From: an uncultured Gemmatimonadales bacterium
Lineage (GTDB): Bacteria > Gemmatimonadota > Gemmatimonadetes > Gemmatimonadales > GWC2-71-9
Direction: 5' to 3'
Assembly: GCA_963697435.1 (NCBI GenBank)
Contig: CAVOOB010000002.1
Span: 516,601 to 580,600, forward strand
Length of the DNA stretch: 64,000 bases
Numbering within the stretch: position 1 is the stretch's first letter; each line of letters opens with the position of its first letter. Of the stretch, positions 49,465 through 59,612 are shown piece by piece. The notes under the pieces were generated by a model, which did not search any database, was not told where the DNA came from, and was given only the letters and a program-made list of their open reading frames with translations. Made by a program: the position numbers and the translations under genes.

Positions 49465-50190
49465 TCAGCCGTTGACCACGGCGCCGATGACGCCGGGAAG
49501 AGCCCCGAGAATCCAGACGATGGCGGCCGCGAGCAGCGCCTTGCTCATCGGAATCTTACCGACCACCCGTAGACCCACGGCCAGGAGAAACGTCACCCAG
49601 AGAGTGAAGAGGTCCAGCCGCACGAACAGGCTCATCATGAGGGCGGACGCGGAATCGGGATCGAAGAAGCGTGCCGGGCCCACGGAGATGGACGCCGATC
49701 CGTTCAATTGTTCGGCTGGAAGCATCAGGGCCAGCGCCCCACCGACGATCGTGCCGAGCAGCTTCGGGAAGTAGCTGTAGGAGGCGATCATCATCGCCGC
49801 GCCGACGGTCACCGCCGCGCCCACGATCTTTCCGGCGACCCAGGTCAGGAGCCCGACCAGCAACACGGCGATTGGGACGGCGATGAGGGGCCCGATCATG
49901 GCGAACTTGCTGGCCACGGCCCGCTGCGTCTCCATCATCTCTTCCGTCATTTGGGGGTTCTTGGCCATCGCCGCGGCCATCCCACGGGAGATGTCGGCAT
50001 CGATGATCGGCATGAACGCCTCCCGCAGCCCGAGGTAGAGCCCGGCGAAGACCACGACGAGAACGAGGAACGGCACCAAGAAGCCAGAATCTTTGCGTCG
50101 TTCGAACACGGCCGACGGCTTGACGAAGATCTCCAGGAAATCTTCCCAGAGCGCGGCGCGTTCGGGGGCTGGGGCGGCAGGAGCGGTCAT
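49465..50190 (-). CDS. Yip1-family membrane protein
   Basis: N-terminal cytoplasmic segment (ALWEDFLEIFVKPSAVF) followed by 5 TM, as in Yip1 domain proteins. Confidence 0.65.
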   Translation of the reverse strand: MTAPAAPAPERAALWEDFLEIFVKPSAVFERRKDSGFLVPFLVLVVVFAGLYLGLREAFMPIIDADISRGMAAAMAKNPQMTEEMMETQRAVASKFAMIGPLIAVPIAVLLVGLLTWVAGKIVGAAVTVGAAMMIASYSYFPKLLGTIVGGALALMLPAEQLNGSASISVGPARFFDPDSASALMMSLFVRLDLFTLWVTFLLAVGLRVVGKIPMSKALLAAAIVWILGALPGVIGAVVNG

Positions 50191-50528
50191 GTCGATCCTC
50201 CGGGTGAGGGCGCCATTTCGGTGCGGAGCCAGCGCAAGTACTCATCGCTGCCTGCCGCGATGGCGGTGGCGATGATCTCAGGATTCTTGTAGCCGTGCGC
50301 CCCGCGGAGGTGCTGCTCGAGCGCGGGGTATCGCTCGCGGGTGGTCTTCAGGATGCAGAGCCATTCCTCCGCCCGCTGCACCCGTCCCTCCCAACGATAG
50401 GTCGATGCCACCGGGCCCACGACCTGGCCGCAGGCAGCCAGCCGCCCTTCGACCGCGCCCCCCGTGAGCCGGTCCGCCTCCTCACGCGAGGAGGCCGCCA
50501 CCGTCACCTGGAGGCAATCGTCGGTCAC
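50187..50528 (-). CDS. cutA: Divalent-cation tolerance protein CutA
   Basis: 113 aa, RLAACGQV.GPV.S.YRWEG.V...EW....KT motif. Confidence 0.85.
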   Translation of the reverse strand: MTDDCLQVTVAASSREEADRLTGGAVEGRLAACGQVVGPVASTYRWEGRVQRAEEWLCILKTTRERYPALEQHLRGAHGYKNPEIIATAIAAGSDEYLRWLRTEMAPSPGGST

Positions 50529-50917
50529 GAGGCCGGCGCGGCCGCCGCGATGCCGGGGGTCTCACTGCCGCGCCGGCCATCGGCGATCGGATCGACCGCG
50601 GTGCGCCACCCGCTCCGGAACTGCAGCGTCAGGCGGTGGCCGAGGCTGTCGACCGTCACGTTGACGACATCGGGCATGGTCCGGGCATACGCGGCGCCGG
50701 CGGCGGCCTGCGCCCCGAAGTCGGTCGGCGTGCCTCCCTGGTACGCGAACCCAAACTCCCGGGCAACGGCCACCGCCTGTGCCTGCTCCGTCCCATACCG
50801 GGCGAACTGATCCGGAGGGATGAGCCCCTTCTGGGAGACCACCGGCGTGTAGCTGTCGTAGCTCGGACAGCCCGTCAGGGCGATGGCGAGCAGGGGGAGA
50901 GCGAGTAGGCGGTGCAT
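50525..50917 (-). CDS. Hypothetical lipoprotein
   Basis: MHRLLALPLLAIALTGC lipobox. Start trimmed to ATG at 50917. 4-nt overlap with cutA. Confidence 0.55.
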   Translation of the reverse strand: MHRLLALPLLAIALTGCPSYDSYTPVVSQKGLIPPDQFARYGTEQAQAVAVAREFGFAYQGGTPTDFGAQAAAGAAYARTMPDVVNVTVDSLGHRLTLQFRSGWRTAVDPIADGRRGSETPGIAAAAPAS

Positions 50918-50997
50918 GAAAGTCGTCCTGGGGTATGGTGGACCGGTCGCGCGCCTCCAGCCGTACAGACCGGAGGGGGATTCAACTACCTTAAATA

Positions 50998-51750
50998 ATG
51001 CCGATTGCACGTTCTCCCAAGGGGTGGCTCTCCCCGTCGCTCCTGATTCTTGGGCTGGCGTGCGCCGCCGTCCCACGGGCCTGGGGCCAGGAGGTGACCC
51101 CTCCCCGCCAGATCCAGTGGTTTCAACCGGTGATCGTGGCGGCCGGGGTATCGGTGTTCTTCCTGGTCGACAACCCGGTTCGAAGCTACATGCTGGACAA
51201 CCAGACCGCGACCAAGGACGATGTGGCCAGCACATTCAAGAAGGTGGGGGAGCCGGAGGTCTGGGCCCTGGTCCCGGCAGTGATGATCGGCACCGGCCTG
51301 GCGCTGAAGAAGCCGGGGCTGACCCAGTCGGGACTCCGCGCGGTCACTTCCGCGGCCCTGGCGGGTGGCATCACCGCAGTCTTCAAGTACACCCTTGGGC
51401 GCGAACGACCAAGTGTCACCGGATCTGAGCCGCTCGACTTCATCCCCTTCTCCGGCAACGTCTCCATGCCGTCGGGGCATACCTCCACGGCGTTCGGCTT
51501 CGCCGCCAGCCTGGCGGAGGACGTCCACCCGCTCTGGGCCAAGATCGGCTTGTACACATTGGCCACCGGCACCGCCTGGTCACGCGTCTACGACAACGAC
51601 CACTGGACCAGCGATGTCATTGCCGGGGCCATTGTCGGAATCACCTCGGCCAAGCTGGTCAGTGGGAAGTGGCAGGTGTGGGGCATCCGCCCTCCCGCAG
51701 TCTTCACCAACGGCCACGAGGTGACCGTGAGCTGGCAGGGCACATTCTAG
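50998..51750 (+). CDS. PAP2-family phosphatase
   Basis: Tripartite motif KYTLGRERP ... PSGH ... SRVYDNDHWTSD. Confidence 0.85.
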   Translation: MPIARSPKGWLSPSLLILGLACAAVPRAWGQEVTPPRQIQWFQPVIVAAGVSVFFLVDNPVRSYMLDNQTATKDDVASTFKKVGEPEVWALVPAVMIGTGLALKKPGLTQSGLRAVTSAALAGGITAVFKYTLGRERPSVTGSEPLDFIPFSGNVSMPSGHTSTAFGFAASLAEDVHPLWAKIGLYTLATGTAWSRVYDNDHWTSDVIAGAIVGITSAKLVSGKWQVWGIRPPAVFTNGHEVTVSWQGTF

Positions 51751-51761
51751 GAGATTCGCGA

Positions 51762-52742
51762 GTGCATGTAGCCAGTGGATGGCGGGCGGTGGTGGCCGCC
51801 GCCGCAATCCTGGTTGGCCTCCCGGGTATTGCCCCGGCCCAAGACGCCCCGCTCAAGGGCGAATTGATCGTCTTCAATGCCGGGAGCCTCGGGCTTCCGT
51901 TCCGAAACCTCCTCAAGGCGTTCAAGGGGGCCAACCCGGAGGTGCGCACCTCGCAGGAGTCGGCGGGCAGCCTCGAGTCTGCGAGAAAGGTGACCGAGCT
52001 CGGCAAGACACCGGACATCCTGGCGGTGGCCGACTACGCGATCATCCCCAAGCTGCTGATCCCCGCTCACGCCGATTGGTACGCCACCTTCGCCACGAAT
52101 TCCCTGGTGCTCGCCTTTCGGAATGAGTCGTCGGGCGCGCTCGACATCAACATCCAGAACTGGTATCGGGTGCTGCTCCGGCCGGGTATCCGCACCGGCC
52201 GGTCGGACCCGGCGCTCGATCCGGCAGGGTACCGCACGCTCATGGTCTGGCAGCTGGCCGAGCGGTACTACCAGCAGCCGACCCTCGCCCGGTTGCTTCA
52301 GAACGCCAGTCCGCCGCGCTACATGCGACCGAAGGAGTCCGACCTCACCGCGCTCCTGCAGCTGGGGGAGCTGGATTATGTCTGGACCTACGCGTCCATC
52401 GCGCGGACGAGCGGATTCCGCTGGGTGGATCTGCCGCCGGAGATCAACCTCAGCGACCCGGCGCAGGCAGCCACCTACGCGGAGGCGCGCGTGATTCTCC
52501 CGGGTGCCAACCGCGCGGCAAAGGACAGCGTGGAATTCCGCGGTGAGCCGATCGTCTATGCGTTCACCATCCCGCGCGGCGCGCCCCACCCCGAGATTGC
52601 CGAGGCCTTCGTCCGGTTCCTGTTCTCGCAGGACGGCCAGCGGATCCTGGCCGACGCGGGGCTCCAACCGGCGGTGCCCCCCGCGCTCGGCGGGCCGGGG
52701 CAGCCGCCGTTATCTTTGCAGGGACTTTTTCCCCATGAGTGA
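51762..52742 (+). CDS. Periplasmic solute-binding protein (molybdate/tungstate/sulfate-type PBP fold), orphan
   Basis: GTG start 8 nt after AGGAG. Signal peptide. FNAGSL...ESAGSLE...DILAVADY pattern of anion-binding type II PBPs. No cognate permease or ATPase adjacent. Confidence 0.6.
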   Translation: MHVASGWRAVVAAAAILVGLPGIAPAQDAPLKGELIVFNAGSLGLPFRNLLKAFKGANPEVRTSQESAGSLESARKVTELGKTPDILAVADYAIIPKLLIPAHADWYATFATNSLVLAFRNESSGALDINIQNWYRVLLRPGIRTGRSDPALDPAGYRTLMVWQLAERYYQQPTLARLLQNASPPRYMRPKESDLTALLQLGELDYVWTYASIARTSGFRWVDLPPEINLSDPAQAATYAEARVILPGANRAAKDSVEFRGEPIVYAFTIPRGAPHPEIAEAFVRFLFSQDGQRILADAGLQPAVPPALGGPGQPPLSLQGLFPHE

Positions 52743-52748
52743 GCAGAC

Positions 52749-54374
52749 ATGAGCGCCTATCGCACCCCCGCCCCCCGCAACGAACCAGTCCTCAACTATG
52801 CCCCGGGCTCCCCGGAACGGGCGGCACTGAAAGCGGCGCTCGCCAGGATGTCGGGCGAGACGATCGAGATCCCGGTCGTCATCGGCGGCCAGGAGTTCCG
52901 CACCGGCCGAACCATCGATGTGGTCTCGCCGCACCAGCACAGCCGGGTCCTCGCCAAGGCCCACCTCGCCGATCCGGCGCTCATCACGAAGGCGGTGGAC
53001 AACGCCACGGCGGCGCAGCGCGGGTGGGCTGCGATGCCGTTCGCCGACCGGGCGGCGGTCTTTCTCAAGGCGGCCGACCTGCTGGCCGGGCCATGGCGGC
53101 AGGTGGTCAACGCCGCCACGATGCTCGGTCAGAGCAAGACGGCTTACCAGGCCGAGATCGACAGCGCCTGTGAGCTGATCGACTTCCTCCGGTTCAACGT
53201 CCACTTTGCCGAGCGGCTCTACGGGGAACAGCCCATCTCCTCACCCGGCATCTGGAACCGGATGGATCATCGTCCGCTTGAGGGCTTCATCTACGCGATC
53301 ACGCCGTTCAACTTCACCGCCATTGGTGGCAACCTGCCGACGACCCCGGCCATTCTCGGCAACGTCGCCATCTGGAAGCCGGCCTCGGCCGCACTGCTCA
53401 GCAACTGGTATGTCTACAAGTTGCTGGAGGCGGCCGGGCTGCCACCGGGCGTGATCAACTTTGTGCCCGGAAGCGCGGCGCAGGTGTCGGATCTCCTGCT
53501 GGCCGACCGCCGCCTGGCGGGCATCCACTTCACCGGTTCGACCGAGGTCTTCCAGACGCTCTGGCGGACCGTGGGCACCAACCTGCCGAACTACGCGTCC
53601 TATCCCCGGCTGGTCGGCGAAACAGGCGGCAAGGACTTCATCGTCGCGCACCAGAGCGCCGACGCCGACGCCCTGGCGGTGGCGATGGTCCGCGGGGCGT
53701 TCGAGTACCAGGGACAGAAGTGCAGCGCGGCCTCACGGGCGTACGTGCCGGACAACCTCTGGCCGACGGTACAGGAGCGGGTGCTGGCCATGATGGCCGA
53801 TATCAAGATGGGAGACGTGTCCGACTTCCGGAATTTTGTGGGCGCCGTCATCGACAAGAAGGCGTACGCCAGCATTTCCGAATATGTCCGGACGGCCAGC
53901 AAGGCGAAGGGCGTCGAAGTGGTGGCAGGCGGCAAGTGCGACGACTCGGTAGGGTACTTCATCGAGCCGACGCTCCTCAAGGCCGAGGATCCGAAGTATC
54001 GCACCATGTGCGAGGAGATCTTCGGCCCGGTGCTGACGCTGCATGTCTATCCCGCCGCGAAGTGGGAGGAGACGCTGGCGCTGGTGGACAGCACGAGCCC
54101 CTACGCGCTGACCGGTTCCGTGTTTGCGCGGGATCGCCGGGTGCTCTCGCAAGCGTCGGAGGCGCTGCGCAACGCCGCCGGAAACTTCTACCTGAATGAC
54201 AAGCCGACTGGCGCGGTGGTGGGACAGCAGCCGTTTGGCGGTGCGCGGGCGAGCGGCACCAACGACAAGGCGGGGTCGATCCTGAACCTGATGCGGTGGA
54301 TCTCCCCGCGGACGATCAAGGAGACCTTTGATCCGCCGGTGAAATATCGGTATCCGTTCATGGACGCAGAGTAG
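52749..54374 (+). CDS. pruA: L-glutamate gamma-semialdehyde (1-pyrroline-5-carboxylate) dehydrogenase
   Basis: ALDH superfamily with FTGST, GETGGKDF (catalytic Glu) and GQKCSA (catalytic Cys). Length and N-terminus are typical of the PruA subgroup. Confidence 0.9.
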   Translation: MSAYRTPAPRNEPVLNYAPGSPERAALKAALARMSGETIEIPVVIGGQEFRTGRTIDVVSPHQHSRVLAKAHLADPALITKAVDNATAAQRGWAAMPFADRAAVFLKAADLLAGPWRQVVNAATMLGQSKTAYQAEIDSACELIDFLRFNVHFAERLYGEQPISSPGIWNRMDHRPLEGFIYAITPFNFTAIGGNLPTTPAILGNVAIWKPASAALLSNWYVYKLLEAAGLPPGVINFVPGSAAQVSDLLLADRRLAGIHFTGSTEVFQTLWRTVGTNLPNYASYPRLVGETGGKDFIVAHQSADADALAVAMVRGAFEYQGQKCSAASRAYVPDNLWPTVQERVLAMMADIKMGDVSDFRNFVGAVIDKKAYASISEYVRTASKAKGVEVVAGGKCDDSVGYFIEPTLLKAEDPKYRTMCEEIFGPVLTLHVYPAAKWEETLALVDSTSPYALTGSVFARDRRVLSQASEALRNAAGNFYLNDKPTGAVVGQQPFGGARASGTNDKAGSILNLMRWISPRTIKETFDPPVKYRYPFMDAE

Positions 54375-54455
54375 GCGGGGGCGGGGCTGCGGCGCAGCGG
54401 GGCGAGGCCGTCGGGGGCGGGGGCGCACTGTGGTGCGCTCCTGCCCCTCTTCGTT

Positions 54456-55196
54456 GTGCTCGGGATGGCGGCGCCGGCGCCCGCCGATGCCCAGGCACCG
54501 GCGTACTCGGAGGCGACCGTTGGCTGCGCGCAGTTCTCGGAGTCGGTGCGCGGGAATCTGGAGTCGGCGTTCGGTCCGGCGCGTCGCACCGAGACGCTCG
54601 GACGCGATGGTTTGATCGAGGTCCGGGCGGTGCAGGACAGCGCCGGCCTGGCCGTCGCGGCGTGGTACGACACCGTCACGGTATTCCGGGAAGGGCCGGA
54701 GGGCCGGTTCGCGCCTGACGCCGACGGGATCTTCGGCGGCCGATACGCCGGCATCCTCGACCCGCAGGGCGACTACCTCTCCAGCGTCACCCCATTCGTG
54801 CCTGCCGCCCTGCGGGACATCTTCGACTTCGGCCGGGTCCTGCTCCACTTCTTTCCGCCACTGCCACCGGCGCCGCTCCTCCCGGGCGGTGAATGGACCG
54901 ATGATCTGGGACTGACGATCTGGCGGCTCGCCGACAGTGCCTCGCCCCAGGGCAGCGTGAGTCGCTATCGGTGGATCCGGCGCGAGGCGTGGGAGGAAGG
55001 ACTGGGCGTCGGGGACTCGACGGTCGTCGTGCATCGAAGCGAAACGGAGGATGGACACGTGCAGTGGCGGGTCGGGGAAGGGCCGCTGGGGTGGAACGGC
55101 CAGACGGTGGCAACGGTCGAATTCACGAACGGGGCGGGTCAGAGTGTGCTCACGCAGGAATTGCGCGTGCGTCGGCAGCCCGGATCATGCCGCTAG
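54456..55196 (+). CDS. Hypothetical protein, probably secreted (N-terminus uncertain)
   Basis: GC3 bias. A signal-peptide-like sequence (RR..GALLPLFVVLGMAAPAPADAQA) extends upstream of the first canonical start codon. Confidence 0.5.
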   Translation: MLGMAAPAPADAQAPAYSEATVGCAQFSESVRGNLESAFGPARRTETLGRDGLIEVRAVQDSAGLAVAAWYDTVTVFREGPEGRFAPDADGIFGGRYAGILDPQGDYLSSVTPFVPAALRDIFDFGRVLLHFFPPLPPAPLLPGGEWTDDLGLTIWRLADSASPQGSVSRYRWIRREAWEEGLGVGDSTVVVHRSETEDGHVQWRVGEGPLGWNGQTVATVEFTNGAGQSVLTQELRVRRQPGSCR

Positions 55197-55298
55197 ACGT
55201 TTCGACAATGCAATTCGTCCAGTTCATGCCGCAGATTCTCTTGCGTGGAATCCCGGTCTATCCTAATTTGGTGCAACCTGCCTCCGGAGGCACCGCCG

Positions 55299-56417
55299 AT
55301 GTCGGAAAGCTTTCTAAGCTCCGACGAATACGACGAAAACGCTCATTCCCTCTATAACGAAGGCCGGTACGACGAAGCACTGGATCTACTCCGCGTCGGG
55401 GTGACGCTCTATCCGCACGCGGTTGAACTGCACGTGGGCATGGCATACGCCTATCTCGCCCGCGAGGAATACGCCTGGGCGCGTCGGAGTTTCGACCGTG
55501 CCGTTGCGCGAGACCCCGACCACGAAGACGCCCTCGCCGGACTCGGCGAAACCCTCCTCAAGATCGGCGACCGGGGCGGCGCCCTGGCCGCATTCGAGCG
55601 TGTCGTGGCCCTCGGCTTCCGCGACGACCACGAACTGATGCTGCAACTCGGCCGCGCCCTCTTTCGCGAAGGGCTGCTGGCACAGGCGCACCGGTTCTTC
55701 GAGTTCGCCGTGTCCTCCCACCCTGATTCTCCGGAAGCCGCGGCCTGCGTGGGGTATGCCTCGCACCGACTCGGCAACGAGAGCGGGGCCCTCTATTGGC
55801 TGCGGCGCGCGCTCGAAATCGACCCCACCTACGCCGAGGCACGGATCTACCTGGCCAACCTCCTCTATGATCGGGGAGAGTCGGAAGCATCGCTCCACCA
55901 CCTCGAGCGCACCCAGCCGGAAGAGCACTTCGATGAGTTGGCCCTCTGGCGCTACATCGAACTCAAGAAGTCGCTCTTCCGCCTTCCCGACGACGATCCT
56001 GAGCTGGCGCCCTGGCTCGCGCGCCTCGGTGAGGTGGCCGCCGAACCCGACAGTATTGACATGCTGCTTGCCGAGATGGAAGCGCTGCTCCCCGATGGCA
56101 CGCTCCGCGACCCGAACCAGCTGGAGCTCTTCGGGACGCTCCTGACCGAGTTGCAAGCGATGCAGAAGCGCCCGAACGTCGGGGAGTCGCACTTGGTGGC
56201 GACGCTCTCGGGGCACCTCTTCAATGGGACCTGGGAGGAGATCCTGCTCCAGATGAAGGCTGCCGACCAGGAGAGCTCGTCGGCCTCGCTCGTGGAGTTC
56301 ATGGCCGGGCTGGCCCGCCGCGGGCAGGCCGAGACCGGGATTGTCATTCCCGTCACCGACGCGGAGGCGTTTATCCGGGGCAGTTCCGAAGCGGGCGTCC
56401 TCCGAATCATCCAGTAG
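55299..56417 (+). CDS. TPR-repeat protein
   Basis: At least five 34-aa TPR-like units (e.g. AHSLYNEGRYDEALDLLRVGVTLYP, AYAYLAREEYAWARRSFDRAVARDP). ATG at 55299 is preceded by GGAGG. Confidence 0.8.
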   Translation: MSESFLSSDEYDENAHSLYNEGRYDEALDLLRVGVTLYPHAVELHVGMAYAYLAREEYAWARRSFDRAVARDPDHEDALAGLGETLLKIGDRGGALAAFERVVALGFRDDHELMLQLGRALFREGLLAQAHRFFEFAVSSHPDSPEAAACVGYASHRLGNESGALYWLRRALEIDPTYAEARIYLANLLYDRGESEASLHHLERTQPEEHFDELALWRYIELKKSLFRLPDDDPELAPWLARLGEVAAEPDSIDMLLAEMEALLPDGTLRDPNQLELFGTLLTELQAMQKRPNVGESHLVATLSGHLFNGTWEEILLQMKAADQESSSASLVEFMAGLARRGQAETGIVIPVTDAEAFIRGSSEAGVLRIIQ

Positions 56418-56509
56418 GGGCGCACCGCAGTACCCGCTGCCATCGCCGATCACCGGGGCTCCTGTGGGCCCCGTCGTGCATCCGGCCCCTGTTCGAATAC
56501 CTTTCGGCC

Positions 56510-59128
56510 ATGCCGACAACGAAATCCTGGACCGCGGGCGTCGTCCGCGAGGTCCTGCCGAACGGTCTGACCCTCCTTGCCCAGCGCGATCCCTCGGCTC
56601 CGGCCGTGGCGGTTGTCACCCACGTGAAAGCAGGGTTCTTCGATGAACCCGACCGGTGGGCGGGGATCAGTCATGTCCTCGAGCACATGTTCTTCAAGGG
56701 CACGCCGACGCGTGGTGTCGGCGAGGTGGCCCGACAGACCAAGGCGGCCGGTGGCTACCTCAACGCCGGCACGGCCTACGACTACACGACCTACTACGTC
56801 ACGCTCCCTGCCGCTGAGCTCGATGCGGCGCTCGAGATTCAGGCAGATGCGCTCCAGCACGCCGCCCTGGACGGGGACGAACTGGCTCGCGAGCTCCAGG
56901 TGATCATCCAGGAGGCGAAGCGGAAGCTGGACTCGCCCGGGTCACTGACCCACGAGACGTTGCACGAGGTCCTCTTCGATCAGCACCGGATCCGGCGGTG
57001 GCGGATCGGGACGGAGGAAGCGCTGAACGGTTTCACCCGTGACGATGTGGCCGGCTACTACTCCTCGCGCTACGTGCCTGATCGAACGATCGTCGCCATC
57101 GTCGGCGATATCGACCCCGCGGAGGCCCTCCACAGCGCGCGCGCTCGGTACGCCCACTGGCCAGCCCGGACTGCGACCATCGATCCATCGCCGGAGGAGC
57201 CGGCCCGCCGGGAGATCCGCGCCCGCACCCTGCGCGGCCCAATCACCCTCGCCCAACTGGCCATCGGGTGGCGAACCGTCCCCGCGCTTCATCCCGATGT
57301 CGCTGCCCTGGACATGGCGGCCGCCATACTTGGCAGTGGGCGGGGCGCGTGGCTCTACCGCAGCGTGCGCGCCCCGGGGCTGGCGACCGGCATTTCCTCC
57401 TATCACTACTCCCCCACCGAGGTCGGCGTCTTCAGCATCAGCGCAGAACTGGAGCCGGAGCGGCTGCCGGCCGCACTCGAGGAAATCGCGAAGGCGGTGC
57501 TGGCCCTTCGGAGCGCCGCTCCCACCGATGCCGACATCGAGCGCGCCCGCGCCCTCCTCCTGACTCGCTGGGGGCGCCAAATGGAGACCATGGACGGCCG
57601 GGCGAGCGCGCTCGCGTCCGCCGAGGCACTCGGTGATGTGGCGCTCCTCGACGAGGAGTTCGCGCAACTCGCCGCGGTCACGGCCGCCGATGTCCAGCGG
57701 GTGGCGAGGGAGTATCTCCTGCCCGATGGGGTCGGGGCGGTGGCGTACCTTCCCGACGGCCGCGGTGCGGATCTCGATATCGATGCGCTCGCGACGGCCT
57801 TCGCTCGGCCGGTAGAGGCCCGTGCGGTGCCCGGCCCCGAGCCGATCCCGCGTGTGCATCGTGCGCAGGGGCGCCCCGCGAGTCAGGCCACCGCAGGGGT
57901 AACCCACGTGGCCTTCGACGGAGCCGACCTCCTGATCCGCAGGAAGAGTGGGGTGCCGGCGGTGTCTCTCGGGGTGTATCTGTTGCGCACCGGCGCGGAG
58001 TCCCCGTCCGAGGCGGGCCTCGGGTCACTCACGCTTCGCAGCGCAATTCGAGGGGCCGGGCCGTACGACGCCGAGCAGCTCGCCCTCGCGTTTGAGCGCC
58101 TGGGCGGGAGCCTCGGCTCGGCGGCCGCCACCGACTGGCTCGGGATGAGTACCACCGTGATGTCCGAGCGGCTGGCGCCCGCCGCGGCATTGCTGCGCCT
58201 GGCATTGGACGAGCCGCGCCTGGCGGAGGCCGATGTGACGCGCGAGCGCGAGTTGATGATCGAGGAATCGCGGCAGGTGGCCGACGATACCTTCCGCTAT
58301 CCGTTCCGGCTCGCATTCCGCGGTGCGTTCGGTGAGAGCGCATACGGGTTGCCGACCGCCGGGCTCGAAGAGACGCTCCGGGGGCTGACCCCGGCGCGCG
58401 TGGCGGCATGGCATCGGGATGCCGTGCGGGGGCGCCGACTGACGGTGGTCGCCGTGGGAGACCTCGATCCGGAACGGGCGGCCGACGATCTGGCCACCAT
58501 TTTCGGCGATTGGCGCGGCACGTCGCCGGAGGCCGCTTCGCCGGTCCGTTGGGCGCCGAGCGACTCGCCGATCGAGCGGGTGGTGGAGCTGGGCAAGGCA
58601 CAGTCGGCGTTTGCCATGCTGTTCCCCGGACCGGCACGGCGCGACCCACGGCGGCACGCGGCCGAGGTGTGGGCTGCGGTGGCCAGCGGCCTCGGCGGCC
58701 GGCTGTTCGATGCGCTGCGCGACCAGCGCTCGCTCGCGTACACCGTGTTGGCGTTTGCGTGGCCCCGACTGAGTGCCGGAGCCCTTGGCACCTACATCGC
58801 CATGGCGCCGGAGCGGGAGGCAGAAGCCCGTGAGGCAATGTTGGCAGAACTGGCGCGCTTCACGCAGGAGGCAGTCACCCCTGCCGAGCTCCGCGGTGCG
58901 ATCGGGTACCTGGCCGGGCAGGCGGCGGTGCAGCGCCAGAGCGCCGGGCACCTGCTGACGGAGATCGTGGACGCCTGGTTGCTCGGGCAGGGACTCGAGG
59001 AACTGGAGGATCCAGGGGCGCCCTATCGGCGGGTGACGGCGGAGGCCGTCTCGGAGGTGGCGCGCGCATCACTCCGGCCGGAGTGCCGTGCCGAAGGGGT
59101 GGTGCGGGGTACGGGTGGCGGTCGCTAG
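56510..59128 (+). CDS. M16-family zinc peptidase (fused active plus inactive pitrilysin halves)
   Basis: Inverted zincin HxxEH (HVLEHMFFKG) in the N-terminal half. Duplicated M16 and M16_C-like architecture over 872 aa. Confidence 0.85.
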   Translation: MPTTKSWTAGVVREVLPNGLTLLAQRDPSAPAVAVVTHVKAGFFDEPDRWAGISHVLEHMFFKGTPTRGVGEVARQTKAAGGYLNAGTAYDYTTYYVTLPAAELDAALEIQADALQHAALDGDELARELQVIIQEAKRKLDSPGSLTHETLHEVLFDQHRIRRWRIGTEEALNGFTRDDVAGYYSSRYVPDRTIVAIVGDIDPAEALHSARARYAHWPARTATIDPSPEEPARREIRARTLRGPITLAQLAIGWRTVPALHPDVAALDMAAAILGSGRGAWLYRSVRAPGLATGISSYHYSPTEVGVFSISAELEPERLPAALEEIAKAVLALRSAAPTDADIERARALLLTRWGRQMETMDGRASALASAEALGDVALLDEEFAQLAAVTAADVQRVAREYLLPDGVGAVAYLPDGRGADLDIDALATAFARPVEARAVPGPEPIPRVHRAQGRPASQATAGVTHVAFDGADLLIRRKSGVPAVSLGVYLLRTGAESPSEAGLGSLTLRSAIRGAGPYDAEQLALAFERLGGSLGSAAATDWLGMSTTVMSERLAPAAALLRLALDEPRLAEADVTRERELMIEESRQVADDTFRYPFRLAFRGAFGESAYGLPTAGLEETLRGLTPARVAAWHRDAVRGRRLTVVAVGDLDPERAADDLATIFGDWRGTSPEAASPVRWAPSDSPIERVVELGKAQSAFAMLFPGPARRDPRRHAAEVWAAVASGLGGRLFDALRDQRSLAYTVLAFAWPRLSAGALGTYIAMAPEREAEAREAMLAELARFTQEAVTPAELRGAIGYLAGQAAVQRQSAGHLLTEIVDAWLLGQGLEELEDPGAPYRRVTAEAVSEVARASLRPECRAEGVVRGTGGGR

Positions 59129-59583
59129 AACATCGACATCGCGAGGATCGACCGGAGATTGTCGTTCGTGGCGCGGAGCCGAATCGAGAGCAGGCGGACC
59201 ATGGCGCGCAGGACCTTGCCAGCCAGGTCTGGATTCAGGTCGAGCACGATTTCGAGGTCGGCCCGGCTGATGGTGAGTAGCCGGCAGCCACCGTTGCTGA
59301 TGGCGTCGGTCGAGCGCTCCGAACGATCGAAGACGGCCATCTCGCCGAAGCAGGCGCCCGGTTTCAGGATGGCCAGGGCCTCTTCGCCGCTGCCGGGGAT
59401 GTCACGGCTGATGCGGACATCGCCCTCGAGGATGAGGAAGAGCCGGTTGCCGGGTTCGCCTTCCTTGAAGATCGTCTTGCCGGGATGGTAGCTCTGTTCC
59501 TTGCAGATTTCGGCGACCTGGTCGAGCTCGGCGTCGTCCAATGTGGCAAAGAGCGCGACCTGGCGAAGGAGCGGCTGGTGCAT
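59125..59583 (-). CDS. Cyclic-nucleotide-binding domain protein (stand-alone CNB)
   Basis: FKEGEPGNRLFLILEGDV ... GACFGEMA... phosphate-binding-cassette-like pattern. 152 aa with no output domain. Confidence 0.8.
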   Translation of the reverse strand: MHQPLLRQVALFATLDDAELDQVAEICKEQSYHPGKTIFKEGEPGNRLFLILEGDVRISRDIPGSGEEALAILKPGACFGEMAVFDRSERSTDAISNGGCRLLTISRADLEIVLDLNPDLAGKVLRAMVRLLSIRLRATNDNLRSILAMSMF

Positions 59584-59612
59584 GGGCGTCTCGCGGCTCA
59601 GAGGGAGAGGTA

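Noticed and set aside
55241-55269. TTGCGT-N17-TAATTT sigma-70-like promoter upstream of the TPR gene
   Set aside because: It is plausible by spacing but is a single weak match. The promoter consensus for this lineage is unknown, so I did not report it as a feature.
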